Source: an uncultured Bdellovibrionales bacterium
GTDB taxonomy: Bacteria > Patescibacteriota > Minisyncoccia > Moranbacterales > GWC2-37-73
Direction: 5' to 3'
Length of the DNA stretch: 64,000 nucleotides
NCBI GenBank assembly: GCA_964484505.1
Contig: CAZAFB010000005.1
Location: 7,427 to 71,426, forward strand
Made by a program: the position numbers and the translations under genes. The notes under the pieces are model-generated. The model saw nothing but the letters and a program-made list of their open reading frames with translations, was not told where the DNA came from and searched no databases. Below, one piece after another: positions 1-9,952 of this stretch (positions are counted from its first letter, which is position 1; every line of letters begins with the position of its first letter).

Positions 1-60
1 TCCGAAATCGCAGCTCAGCATCCGGAAACTTTCAAGAAATTCATGGAAACCGTAAAATAG
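1..60 (+). CDS. rplT: 50S ribosomal protein L20, C-terminal end (partial)
   Basis: Frame 1 reads SEIAAQHPETFKKFMETVK*, resembling the L20 C-terminus (S-E-L/I-A...P..F...V/M); followed by a hairpin. Confidence 0.7.
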   Translation, partial: SEIAAQHPETFKKFMETVK

Positions 61-81
61 TTTCCCCAGGCAACCAAAAAC

Positions 82-120
82 AAAGGTCCGACATCTTTTA
101 TGGAAGTCGGACCTCTTTGT
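82..120 (+). terminator. Intrinsic terminator after rplT
   Basis: aggtccgac...gtcggacct stem followed by ctttgt; preceded by an A-rich tract. Confidence 0.65.
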
Positions 121-251
121 ATCTAAAAAAATTGGCTATTTGCTTCTACTCATAAACTCACGAAAAAGTTTTTTAAAGGCAAATATGGGAAGCCAGATCC
201 AAAGAGTCTTGCGAATCACCTTTTCCCCCATCTTATGAATATCCATATGCT

Positions 252-971
252 TCAAACAAGATTAAGATTTATACATTGTGTCATTTCATAAACAACGTCT
301 TTTTTCTCCACCACGATGCGCCAACCTCTTTCCTGGGCAATTTTCTTGAGATTTTCGTTAGGATTTAGTGCGATCGGATTTTCCACCAATTCCAAAAATT
401 TTACATCAGATTCCGTATCCCCGACGCCATAGGAATTTTCCATGGTCAGCTTGTGCTCAAAGGCAAATTGTTTGACAACAGCCCCTTTATCCTTAGTCGG
501 CTCAAAAACAGTGTTTCCGGTATATATGCCGCGCTCATCAGTTTCATATACGCTACCGTAAGCCGCATCAAAATGCAAGTGTTTGTCGTTGAATTCACGG
601 ACAATTTCAATAGGAGAACCAGAAATCGCGATGATATGATATTCTTCTTTTCTAAATTTTTCAATCAACTGTTCGGCAAAAACATACGTCCTGTCCCTGT
701 GAAACGCCACGACCATTTTGCTCGCATGTTCAACATCACGCACATTGCAACCCTTTAGGTATTTTTCATACAATTCAACAAGAGCCAAACGATACGCTTC
801 ATATGTGCCCTTATGATCAAGCCATGCTGTGTACAGATCAACGAGTTGATCGCGAACCTTGCGTGGAAAAACATTGAGCCAAGAAAGTTCATTAATAAGC
901 TCAAACGCCAAGTTCTTGCGAAAGATCGTGCCATCGATATCGAAAATTGCCAATTTGTTTTGCTTCGCCAT
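252..971 (-). CDS. HAD-IB family hydrolase (SerB-like phosphatase)
   Basis: FDIDGT motif I, ISGS motif II, GDTESD motif IV, NP. Confidence 0.85.
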   Translation of the reverse strand: MAKQNKLAIFDIDGTIFRKNLAFELINELSWLNVFPRKVRDQLVDLYTAWLDHKGTYEAYRLALVELYEKYLKGCNVRDVEHASKMVVAFHRDRTYVFAEQLIEKFRKEEYHIIAISGSPIEIVREFNDKHLHFDAAYGSVYETDERGIYTGNTVFEPTKDKGAVVKQFAFEHKLTMENSYGVGDTESDVKFLELVENPIALNPNENLKKIAQERGWRIVVEKKDVVYEMTQCINLNLV

Positions 972-996
972 AAATAAATAGGAATTTTTTTATTTT

Positions 997-1113
997 AAGA
1001 CTTACACGTTTGTCTGAAACAAAGAAATGGGTCTCTGCGCTTCATTGCATAAATGTTAATAGACAAAGCGCATAGGGGCCCATTTAGACTTGAAGACAAA
1101 ATGCGTAAGTCTC
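997..1113. mobile_element. ~115 bp MITE-like palindromic element, copy 1
   Basis: Ends agacttacac...tgcgtaagtct; internal aaatgggtctctgcgctt / aagcgcataggggcccattt; homologous to 37418-37529 and 40010-40128. Confidence 0.7.
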
Positions 1114-1620
1114 CTATATAACCTCGCCAATCCTATTATACAGCTCATATCCTGCAACTCCAAGAGCGACAGCAACATTGAGAGAATTTTTTGTGCCACG
1201 CATGGGAATTTCAATTATCGCATCACACGCGTCAACAACTTCTTTTTCCATGCCAACAGGTTCATTGCCAAGAATAAGCGCTACGGATTTTCGAGGAATA
1301 TAATTTTTGTAATCTATACTCCTATCATCTTGTTCAAGCGCAACTATTTCAAAATTTCTATCTTTTAATTCCCTTATCAATTCCGATATATTTTCTTTCT
1401 TCTCCCAAGCCAAATTCTTTTCAGCTCCAAGTGCTGTCTTGGCAATCATTTTTTGAGCACTGGTTTGTAGAATTTTTTTCCCGTCATGCGGTGAAGGTGT
1501 ATATCCTGTCAGGTACAATTTTTTCGCGCCCATTCCGTCAGCGGTACGAAAAATAGAGCCTACATTGTAGGCACTTCTGATATTATGAGCTATTATGTGT
1601 AATTTCTTTCCTGCGCTCAT
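1114..1620 (-). CDS. TrmH/SpoU family RNA methyltransferase
   Basis: HNIRSAYNVGSIFRTADG, LILGNE, EIPMRGTKNSLNVAVA SPOUT motifs. Confidence 0.9.
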   Translation of the reverse strand: MSAGKKLHIIAHNIRSAYNVGSIFRTADGMGAKKLYLTGYTPSPHDGKKILQTSAQKMIAKTALGAEKNLAWEKKENISELIRELKDRNFEIVALEQDDRSIDYKNYIPRKSVALILGNEPVGMEKEVVDACDAIIEIPMRGTKNSLNVAVALGVAGYELYNRIGEVI

Positions 1621-1636
1621 GGTAACATACTTATTT

Positions 1637-3004
1637 TCATGATTTTTTAGCCCTTTTAAGCTTTAGCGTGAAATGCGAACCGACACCTTCGATACTTTCT
1701 ACATTAATGTCACCTCCCATCTTACGCGCAAGTTCGCGGGAAATCCAAAGTCCCAAACCGGTACCGGAGATTCTACTGGTTTGATCAGTCTTGATGCGAT
1801 AAAATTTTTCAAAAAGATGCGCTACTTGCTCGGCAGACATGCCCAAACCGGAATCAGCTACAGTAAAATATACGAATTCATCATCGCTCTTACCCATGAG
1901 TTCAATTGTTCCTTTGGGCGTATATTTTATCGCATTACTTATGAGATTTATCGCGATTTGCCTCACCCGATCGGAATCAGCAAAAACAATTGGTAATTCC
2001 GGAAGCGACAGCTTAAGTTCCAAGCCTTTTTCCCTGACCAAAACTTGATGTTGCTCAGCAGCAGCTAAAGCGATATCTTTCACGGATATTTCACTAACAT
2101 TGATTGGAATTCTGTTTTGTTGTAGACGTGAGACCTCAAGTAAATCTTCTACCAATTCTCGCAGCCGTTTTGTAGAACTTCCTATCTGCTGAACATAATG
2201 CCCGATCTCTTCTTTTTTGTTTTCAGTCATTTCCTTTTCACTTAGGTCATCTTCCAATAATTCGACGTATCCTTGCATAGCTGTAAGCGGACTTTTTAGT
2301 TCATGACTGGCCATTGAAATAAAATCATCCTTCATGTGGTCAATTTCCTCAAGCTTAGTAGCCTTAATAGCGTATTTGAGAGTTCGAATATGATTGGCAA
2401 CCAAAAGCAAAACAACAAGAAGCGACAAAAGCGTCACCACATAAACTTTAGAAATTGCATCCTTAACGAATCTATCGTGAGCATCCAGCGACATTTGAAA
2501 AAGCAGGATTCCAACTTTTTTGCCATTTTTATCCTTAATTGACTTGCCAATATTCCAAAATCTGCCATTATCATCACTACCCAAATATGCCAAGGGTTTT
2601 TCCGCGTTCCAAATAAGAGACATGGCCATATTATTGCTTTTAGCCCCTATATCCTCAGATCTATTTGAGGCAGCAATCGCGTAAGTTCCATCTTCCTGAG
2701 TAGGCTTAAGAAAAACTATCGATTTCACTTCACTGTCTTTTTCAGATATTGATTTGAATTTTTCACTCACGCCAGCTATTTGCGCTTCATCCTCCGCCTC
2801 CTCCGATACTATTATTTGAGAAATATTACCACCAAGCAACCCTTTACTCTGCAATAATTGGTCTGTAACTCCTTGGAAATTATTGATGGCATAATAAGTG
2901 TTTCCAAAAAGAAGTGCCGTTATAACCACGATCAAAACCAGCGAATAAATAATTGCCGGATTTTTACGGATAAATTGAAAAGCGTTATTGATGATGTGCT
3001 TCAT
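1637..3004 (-). CDS. Membrane sensor histidine kinase
   Basis: Two TM helices, ASHELKSPL H-box, NLISNAIKYT N-box, DSGLG, F-box, GTGLGL. Confidence 0.92.
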   Translation of the reverse strand: MKHIINNAFQFIRKNPAIIYSLVLIVVITALLFGNTYYAINNFQGVTDQLLQSKGLLGGNISQIIVSEEAEDEAQIAGVSEKFKSISEKDSEVKSIVFLKPTQEDGTYAIAASNRSEDIGAKSNNMAMSLIWNAEKPLAYLGSDDNGRFWNIGKSIKDKNGKKVGILLFQMSLDAHDRFVKDAISKVYVVTLLSLLVVLLLVANHIRTLKYAIKATKLEEIDHMKDDFISMASHELKSPLTAMQGYVELLEDDLSEKEMTENKKEEIGHYVQQIGSSTKRLRELVEDLLEVSRLQQNRIPINVSEISVKDIALAAAEQHQVLVREKGLELKLSLPELPIVFADSDRVRQIAINLISNAIKYTPKGTIELMGKSDDEFVYFTVADSGLGMSAEQVAHLFEKFYRIKTDQTSRISGTGLGLWISRELARKMGGDINVESIEGVGSHFTLKLKRAKKS

Positions 3005-4505
3005 CTTTTTGGTGACGATATGAGACTATGCCGATGAGCAGCAGTGCAACGCTTAGAAATACCGCCATAATAATAAGAGCTATTGAAAGATAAGCATTTT
3101 TTTTCTGTATCATTGGCGGAGCTGCTTTGCCAGAGATATTATCTCCCGTTGAAGCGACAACTGTTGCAGCCTGAGCGGTCTTAATAAAGCTAAGTGGTTG
3201 GCTCTTGGCTGTTATCTTTCCTGTGTTGTCAGTTACTGCAACATACACTTGATGTTCCCCGTCTTCCAAATTCTTGTCCAAATCATAGGACCAATTGCCA
3301 TCTGCGTCAGTTTTTACGGTAATTACAATCGGTGAATCACTATATACGTACAAGGTAACAAACATATTTGGCAACGCTTTTCCGTTGATACGCAAAGTCT
3401 TTTGCGATTGAACATCTTTCGATTGATCAGAATCGATAAATGAAACATTCTCCACCATGTAACGCCCATCCACTTCGCCGATTTCTTTCGGACTTTGAAA
3501 AACCACCTTATCCTCTTTGTTGCCATAAGATGATTTAAGCGGATTATATCCGGATTTCATTTCATCCCCATCAAGATAACCGTCCTGGTCAGAATCTGGA
3601 TTGTAAGGGTCAGTTCCCAAACGTTTTTCCTCATCATCGGATATTCCATCACCATCACTGTCTGCCGGAGCATTGTCGGCTGGCGCTTGTATCGATGCTC
3701 TTAAAGAATTTGCCGGCAAGGAAATTACAAAATGCACAGGGTTTGTTTCCAATGTTCCACCGCTATTCAAATAGGCGCGTGCAATCAACTCATAGTCACC
3801 ATTTGGCAAGTTGCTTGCAGGAAAGCTCAGCTTCCAAATTCCATCCTGTGCATAAACCGCCTTTTTGAGATATTTGGTTGCATCAGATCCTGCATTGGTC
3901 TGGCGATAAAAAAACTCTACCGATGTCGACCCTACTGCACGCACAGAAAACTGCACATTATCCCCGGTATATTTAGTGCTTTCAGTTGGTTCGATTATCA
4001 CGGGAGGAATATATTTAACCGTGTTTTGAGTGGTTGTTGAAACAGACGACGGATTGTTACTGCCAGAAACAGCGGTATTTGTCGCTATCGGAGTTGTCGT
4101 TGTTTGAACGATAGGGTTAAGTGTCGTATTGGCGGCAGAAGTAGTTGGGGTTGTTGTTGAAGTAGTTGTGCCCGTCACAGTACTACTGGCGGCAGCACTA
4201 TCATATGTAGTTGGTTTTATTGTTGTGGTAGTTGTCTGAACAGAGGTATTTGTACTTACTGGAGCGGCAGTTGGTAATGAAGTGGTCGTTGTAACAGGAG
4301 CCGTAACAGTACTGCCAGAAGTTGTATTTATTGTAGTAATTGGAAGAGTCTGCGCATCAACAAGATTAGCCATAATGTTCCGAATGAAGCGCTTGTCATC
4401 AAGCATAAGAAAACCTTCGTTTTTTGCGCTTAAATAACCACCTATCGCTATAGCCCCAAGAGAAATAAAAATCAGGATCAAGGGTATTATTTTTCTTTTA
4501 TCCAT
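2985..4505 (-). CDS. Membrane-anchored surface protein with Thr-rich stalk, Ca-binding DxDxDG repeats and Ig-like domains
   Basis: N-terminal TM, long T/S-rich tract, DSDGDGISDDEE/DSDQDGYLDGDE, ADGNWSY...LEDGEHQV Ig-like strand pattern, C-terminal TM. Confidence 0.75.
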   Translation of the reverse strand: MDKRKIIPLILIFISLGAIAIGGYLSAKNEGFLMLDDKRFIRNIMANLVDAQTLPITTINTTSGSTVTAPVTTTTSLPTAAPVSTNTSVQTTTTTIKPTTYDSAAASSTVTGTTTSTTTPTTSAANTTLNPIVQTTTTPIATNTAVSGSNNPSSVSTTTQNTVKYIPPVIIEPTESTKYTGDNVQFSVRAVGSTSVEFFYRQTNAGSDATKYLKKAVYAQDGIWKLSFPASNLPNGDYELIARAYLNSGGTLETNPVHFVISLPANSLRASIQAPADNAPADSDGDGISDDEEKRLGTDPYNPDSDQDGYLDGDEMKSGYNPLKSSYGNKEDKVVFQSPKEIGEVDGRYMVENVSFIDSDQSKDVQSQKTLRINGKALPNMFVTLYVYSDSPIVITVKTDADGNWSYDLDKNLEDGEHQVYVAVTDNTGKITAKSQPLSFIKTAQAATVVASTGDNISGKAAPPMIQKKNAYLSIALIIMAVFLSVALLLIGIVSYRHQKDEAHHQ

Positions 4506-4569
4506 TTTGTTTTACATTTAGTTATCAATAAATAAATTTTACCATAAAAAAGCCTTCAACATAATCAAA

Positions 4570-5706
4570 TCAACCGTGAATTACCACCGGCGTACCTATT
4601 TGAGCCCATTCATAAACTCTTTTTGCTGAACCAACCCCTAATCTGACACATCCGTGAGATACGGGAGTCCCCAGATGATTTGCTCCTTCTTTATATCCTC
4701 CGGGCCATTCAGGAAGTTCGTGAATGCCAAATTCCCCACTGGGAACCAAAGCCATCCAATATGGCATAAACAAAGAATATTTTTTTGACCAAGGTTTTTC
4801 AGCCTTATTACAAATAGCAAAAGTTCCTTCTTCTGTTTCCATTCCTCTCTTACCAGATGAAATCAGATACGCATCAAGAGCTTTGCCATCTTCAAAAATC
4901 ACCATTATTTGCTGCTTAAGATTTATGTCAATGTATTTACCACTTGTCAATTGAGGTTTGGTGTTTTCCTTGGCTTGCTGCAATTTCACTTGAGGATCAC
5001 GGTCCCATTTTTCTGAAGGCAACGTCTTTTTCGTTTCAAAAAAAGTTTCATATATCTGTCTGTATTCCTGACTCGCTTGCTTGGAATATTTTACATATAC
5101 CTTGATAAAATATTTTTCGCCTTCCGCCAAATCAACACGTGGCATCAAACGAATTTGTTGCTTTTCTTCATCGCGTGAATAGGCCAAATTATTTGCCGGA
5201 TCAACAACGAACTTCACATCCCATTTTTTATTAAGATTTTCAAAATTGGCAACTATGGGATTTTCCATATCCAAAGAAACATCTTTTTCTTTATTCAAGG
5301 GAAAAAATGATTTTACGGAAGGGCCGGGAGCGGTTTCAAAAAAGAGATCTTTCGTTGAATTTGTCATATAGGCGCTTCTTCCTTTGAGACTTATCTTGTA
5401 GGAACTTCCATAAGTCCAGAGTGATATGGGGATTATCGTCAAGCGCTTATTTTTATCATTCCAAAAAAAATTTACATCAGCTTTGGGCTCAATATTTATC
5501 GATTTTTGCGTAATTTCAGTCAGCATTGGCTGTGAAAAAATTATTTCCACAGCATCATCAGGATTTAAACTCCTGTCCTTCACTAAAAAAACATCTGCCG
5601 CAAAAATTTCCTGATATTTCAAAAAACAAAAAACACCACCTGCGATAATCGGAATAAGCAAGGCAATCAAAAAAATAATTTTTTTTCTTTTTCCAAAATA
5701 ATGCAT
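4570..5706 (-). CDS. L,D-transpeptidase (YkuD) with N-terminal Ig-like domains
   Basis: YIDINLKQQ, ISSGK, GIHELP...SHGCVRL catalytic motif. Confidence 0.9.
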   Translation of the reverse strand: MHYFGKRKKIIFLIALLIPIIAGGVFCFLKYQEIFAADVFLVKDRSLNPDDAVEIIFSQPMLTEITQKSINIEPKADVNFFWNDKNKRLTIIPISLWTYGSSYKISLKGRSAYMTNSTKDLFFETAPGPSVKSFFPLNKEKDVSLDMENPIVANFENLNKKWDVKFVVDPANNLAYSRDEEKQQIRLMPRVDLAEGEKYFIKVYVKYSKQASQEYRQIYETFFETKKTLPSEKWDRDPQVKLQQAKENTKPQLTSGKYIDINLKQQIMVIFEDGKALDAYLISSGKRGMETEEGTFAICNKAEKPWSKKYSLFMPYWMALVPSGEFGIHELPEWPGGYKEGANHLGTPVSHGCVRLGVGSAKRVYEWAQIGTPVVIHG

Positions 5707-5707
5707 C

Positions 5708-6766
5708 CTATTTTATTTCATTTTCCGCAAACAACTCGCGCGCCTTATTCCAAACCGAATAATCTCCTTTTTCTTCAGCGAGCCAATACCACCATTCAAC
5801 GCCCCAGATATATATTTTTTCCATGTCAGTCTTTTTGGCAAAAGATACGTTGTCTGCCAAAATATTCGCATTCATTGATTCCAATTGTAATTCAAGCGGT
5901 GCATCCGTGGTCCAACCCTGCACCCACGGTTCTCCCTGTAATTCTATCACCATAGCGTTTTTTTGGTCGGCAAAAATCCTTATGAGTAGACGCTTCAATT
6001 TGAAAAAGTTTGGACCTATCGGATAGCGCCAATGTCCCAGAGGTTTTCCTAAAAATTCACGTGAGCTATATACTTCACGGTACATCGTCGTGCCAAAAAC
6101 ATCGGCCCGCTGCGCAGCTTGCAACCACAAACTAAGTTCGCCACTGTCTGTAACCACGATTTTTCTCGAAGGGTCGATTTTTCTTGCTTGAGCAATTTCC
6201 GCATCTACTTGTGCAGCAGGAATGGTTCCACAAATACCGAAATTTAAAAATGGTTCATTTTCAATTTGCCAACTTATAACTTCAGGATGATTGTCCTTAT
6301 AGCGATTTATGACTACATTTTCAAAATTAAGCAAAGCTTCTTTTTTCACATCATCATCTGTGCTGACCCACTCAGGCACAAAACACTCCGGCCAACGTGG
6401 AACCTTCTCTCCCACAACCAAAATCACTTTGGCATCACGCTTAGCAGCCTCTTGCAGTTGCCAATCAAGATCATCGAATAAATAAGTCCCTTTTTCTTTC
6501 TCAACTAAATCCCAATATATAGGAATGCGAATATTTTTCACTTTCAAATCATCGAGCATTGCCACATAAGCCTGTTTCCAGTCTAGACCGATATCCGAAG
6601 CGTAGCGTGCTGAAAAGGTTACCCCAAGAGGGACGGCCTTGCTGATTTCACTCATTGGTAAATTAATATAAACAAAAAACAAAACCAGCAAGAAAAATAA
6701 TGAAAACAAGGTCCAGCCGATTTTTTTCAATACCTTTTGCCTTTTTTCTGTTTCTATTTTTTTCAT
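5708..6766 (-). CDS. Membrane-anchored clan GH-A glycoside hydrolase (GH42/GH5-like)
   Basis: IRIPIYWDLVE, WQIENEP acid/base motif, IELQGEPW nucleophile region. Confidence 0.7.
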   Translation of the reverse strand: MKKIETEKRQKVLKKIGWTLFSLFFLLVLFFVYINLPMSEISKAVPLGVTFSARYASDIGLDWKQAYVAMLDDLKVKNIRIPIYWDLVEKEKGTYLFDDLDWQLQEAAKRDAKVILVVGEKVPRWPECFVPEWVSTDDDVKKEALLNFENVVINRYKDNHPEVISWQIENEPFLNFGICGTIPAAQVDAEIAQARKIDPSRKIVVTDSGELSLWLQAAQRADVFGTTMYREVYSSREFLGKPLGHWRYPIGPNFFKLKRLLIRIFADQKNAMVIELQGEPWVQGWTTDAPLELQLESMNANILADNVSFAKKTDMEKIYIWGVEWWYWLAEEKGDYSVWNKARELFAENEIK

Positions 6767-7716
6767 AACTGACTGAATCTACCTGTGGTTAATATTCCGG
6801 AAACCAAATAAATACCGACAGCGATAATTGCTATTGCCAAAAAACGCTGCAGCCAATCATTAAAGGAGAGTTTTTCATCAAATATTTTTGGATATTTAAG
6901 GGAGGCAAAAAAAGCTAAAATAACCACGAAAACATATTGCACAGAGGTCAGCGAATTTACCAACGTCGCGCTACCCAGAGATATGGCGTAGTTAAACATC
7001 AGAGAACTTGTCCCCCCGATTATTTTGTTGGATATAAATAAGGCGCCCGTCTTGTAATTTTCTTTGCGCGCTTTTTTCATTCCCTTGAAGCTACCGATTA
7101 TTTCCTTGCGCCATTTCGGAACGAACAAAATTACAAACAGAACTAAAAAGGATCCTACCCTGGTCCAGAAAAAACCATTAAAAAATGTCTGCTCCGCATA
7201 TACCAATTTGAAAATTGCATAAGCTCCGGAAAGCAGCAGTGCGGAAAGAAGACAATGATAGAATCCGGAAAAGAACTTTTTTTTATTTATCTTGAGAGGA
7301 AGATCAAAAGAAAGGAGCAATCCCCCAAAAACCAGCATAAGCATTCCCGCGAGTTCGGTTTTATTGAGTACTTCATTGGACACAAAGAAGGAGAAAATAT
7401 ACGTACCCACCGGAGTCATTGCACCGATTACCGGAATAACTCTACTGGCTTGCGATTGACGAATAGCAAAATACAAAGACATTATGCCGAAACTAAACAA
7501 TAGCCCTGAAACAAAGCTTATGATTAACTGATAGAAAGATGGGGGCGTCAACTCTATAAAAGGCAAAAAAATAGCCGAGCCCAAGCCCAAAAGAGTAACA
7601 TAAAAAGTATAAACTGCCGGCGAGGAAATCCTTTTTGAACCCAGCAAAAACTTATCCAAAATATTGGCAAATGCACCTAGGAAATAAGCTCCCGATGCAA
7701 TCAAAATCCAAGTCAT
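6763..7716 (-). CDS. EamA/DMT family membrane transporter
   Basis: About 10 TM helices in two repeats, ASRVIP and EVL motifs. Confidence 0.75.
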   Translation of the reverse strand: MTWILIASGAYFLGAFANILDKFLLGSKRISSPAVYTFYVTLLGLGSAIFLPFIELTPPSFYQLIISFVSGLLFSFGIMSLYFAIRQSQASRVIPVIGAMTPVGTYIFSFFVSNEVLNKTELAGMLMLVFGGLLLSFDLPLKINKKKFFSGFYHCLLSALLLSGAYAIFKLVYAEQTFFNGFFWTRVGSFLVLFVILFVPKWRKEIIGSFKGMKKARKENYKTGALFISNKIIGGTSSLMFNYAISLGSATLVNSLTSVQYVFVVILAFFASLKYPKIFDEKLSFNDWLQRFLAIAIIAVGIYLVSGILTTGRFSQL

Positions 7717-7780
7717 ATGTTTTTGTTTTCATTACAATACAATTGTACAACATAAACCAAAGTGTAGAAAGCCGCAAAAA

Positions 7781-7810
7781 ACAAAAGAGGCCTTTAAAGA
7801 CCTCTTTTGT
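7781..7810. terminator. Terminator hairpin
   Basis: acaaaagagg...cctcttttgt perfect stem downstream of the 7825 gene. Confidence 0.65.
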
Positions 7811-7824
7811 AATATTCAACTTTT

Positions 7825-8559
7825 TTATCCTTCATGATTCATCAATCTGTTGAAATACAAATCGACATCACTGACCCACTTGCGAACCGCTTGCGGATCA
7901 TGTCCCGCACAACTGGAACCACATTTCCAAACGACCATACGCGAAGGGGTGTTTAAATTTTTGTCCACTAATTCGCCTATACGGCCGCCTATCGCATCCA
8001 CAGCTTCTTCAGGATCAGCAAAGCAGCCATATCCCATTGCGGTGCCGAGACTTCCGGCACCCTTATACCCCCAATAGTTATAGCAAGTCATCCCGTTCTT
8101 AGACGGAGCAGCCTTGCCCCAATCGCTTTCTTTTTTGGCGATACCAATGATCAGCGCAGCAACGCGCTTATCTTTTTCAGCTATGAAAGGAACCATTTCC
8201 TTGATTGGCGCATTGCCAACCACATCATAAAGTTCCTGTTCAAACCCGTCCTCATTTGCACTGGATGCATCTTTCGGATCTTCGTTTTTTTCAAAACACT
8301 GACCGTCCTCCTGCTCTGACTTTGAGAAAACCTGCGCCTGAGCATTTTGGATCGAATCTTTTACAGAGGCCTTTTGGGCATCTATATTTTCAGCATATGC
8401 ATATACATATTGCTGCGGTTGCAAGCGATCGAGACGAAAAAAAGAACCCGCCATGACTGCCATGGCGATGGTCGCGATTAGGATCTTTTTTTGTTTCGCC
8501 CGACCTTCTTTTTGCTTCCAGTTAAGCAACCAATTCCCCCATTCAGGGCTTTTACCCAT
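7825..8559 (-). CDS. Secreted lysozyme-like (GH73/glucosaminidase-like) protein, paralog 1
   Basis: IAKKESDWGK, CYNYWGY, CF, VVWKCG..C shared with 8784 and 37620; start uncertain. Confidence 0.6.
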   Translation of the reverse strand: MGKSPEWGNWLLNWKQKEGRAKQKKILIATIAMAVMAGSFFRLDRLQPQQYVYAYAENIDAQKASVKDSIQNAQAQVFSKSEQEDGQCFEKNEDPKDASSANEDGFEQELYDVVGNAPIKEMVPFIAEKDKRVAALIIGIAKKESDWGKAAPSKNGMTCYNYWGYKGAGSLGTAMGYGCFADPEEAVDAIGGRIGELVDKNLNTPSRMVVWKCGSSCAGHDPQAVRKWVSDVDLYFNRLMNHEG

Positions 8560-8783
8560 ACGGTAATGTTACTTCTTACTATCCCCCAGCGTGTCTGCCT
8601 AAAATCCATAGGTACTTTCGGACACGCATTCCAGGGTACCATCAGTACAAGTTGTGGTCAACGAAGTTATCCACATGCTTAAAAATATTTCTGGTAATTT
8701 TTGGCTTCAAAAAGCCATTTATCATTTTTATCCACAAAAAAATGGCTCAATAGAGCCAAATTTTAAATTTATCGCCAAATGTT

Positions 8784-9851
8784 TCAGTCTGCCATTTTCT
8801 TGATGTACATATCCACATCGTTAATCCATTTGTTGGCAGCAGCTCTGCCTCCCGTCGCATTGCAATCGCGACCACATTTCCAAACCACCATTTCCGAAGG
8901 CGTATCAATATTTTCTTCTTTTATAAGAGTACTTAAGCGTTTAGCAACAGTATCGACAGCGTCTTTCTTACTATTGAAACAGGTATGTCCGCCTGTACCC
9001 ATCAAATTGCGCTGAGCGCGATATCCCCAAAGATTATTACAATCTTGTCCTTCTAAAGTTGGTACTCTTTTCCCCCAGTTGCTTTCTTTTTTGGCAATAG
9101 CGATCAGATAGGTAGCGACTTTGCGGTCTTTGGCAAAGATATAAGGAAGCATCTCCTCGATAGGATATCCCTTGACCATTTTGCGTACTTCCTGCTCAAA
9201 TTTGTCCTGATCGTTTATTTCATCAAATTGACTAAGCACTTTTTCCGCCTCCGTCATATTACTATAATCAGCGCTTGCCAAATCGGAATTATCCGTTTGT
9301 ATTTGCTGATGCGTTGCAGGTTCCGTTGCGATGTTTCCAGCAGCAGCACCCTGACCAAGATAACGATAAATCATAGTCATGGAAAACATTCCCAGCAATA
9401 TCGCGCCAACAATCGAAAGATTCCACAAGCGCACCAATGACAACTGTTGAACAAAACCTCTCATAGCGCCATCGACAGCTTCAGCGCTTTGTCTGGAGAT
9501 AGCATCAATTCTGCGCTCAAGAGAGCGAGCTAATATACCGACTGAAGATGGCTGGTATGATTTATATTCACGCACGATACGGCTGCTAAGACTATCCCAT
9601 TTTTTAATATCGCGATCCAGTTTAATGCCCTTGCTGATCCATTGGTATTCGCGTGGAGTAATATAGCGGCGAGAATCCTCTGTTATAAACTTTCCCGTAC
9701 GATACTTGTTTGATAAAAGTTGAGAAAAATTAATTTGTCTGTCTTTTTTTTCACGCAAATTCTCGTAAATTGCCAAGTCAAAATAAGGATCAACCCTTCG
9801 CGGCACCCTGCCGAAATCGATATTTATTTTTGTCTTTGTATTAAAATTCAT
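8784..9851 (-). CDS. Membrane-anchored lysozyme-like protein, paralog 2
   Basis: Central TM then IAKKESNWGK, CNNLWGY, GGHTCF, VVWKCGRDC. Confidence 0.6.
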   Translation of the reverse strand: MNFNTKTKINIDFGRVPRRVDPYFDLAIYENLREKKDRQINFSQLLSNKYRTGKFITEDSRRYITPREYQWISKGIKLDRDIKKWDSLSSRIVREYKSYQPSSVGILARSLERRIDAISRQSAEAVDGAMRGFVQQLSLVRLWNLSIVGAILLGMFSMTMIYRYLGQGAAAGNIATEPATHQQIQTDNSDLASADYSNMTEAEKVLSQFDEINDQDKFEQEVRKMVKGYPIEEMLPYIFAKDRKVATYLIAIAKKESNWGKRVPTLEGQDCNNLWGYRAQRNLMGTGGHTCFNSKKDAVDTVAKRLSTLIKEENIDTPSEMVVWKCGRDCNATGGRAAANKWINDVDMYIKKMAD

Positions 9852-9952
9852 TTCTGACTATTTGAACTATTTTTTTACCATACCCCGCTGTCTGATTTGG
9901 GGTTTATTTTCTTGAATGCTTATGCTGCATTAAGAATTTCAGCCCTTGGTGA

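Noticed and set aside
8653-8736. Replication origin
   Set aside because: Only two or three boxes in a short spacer, with no dnaA/dnaN nearby
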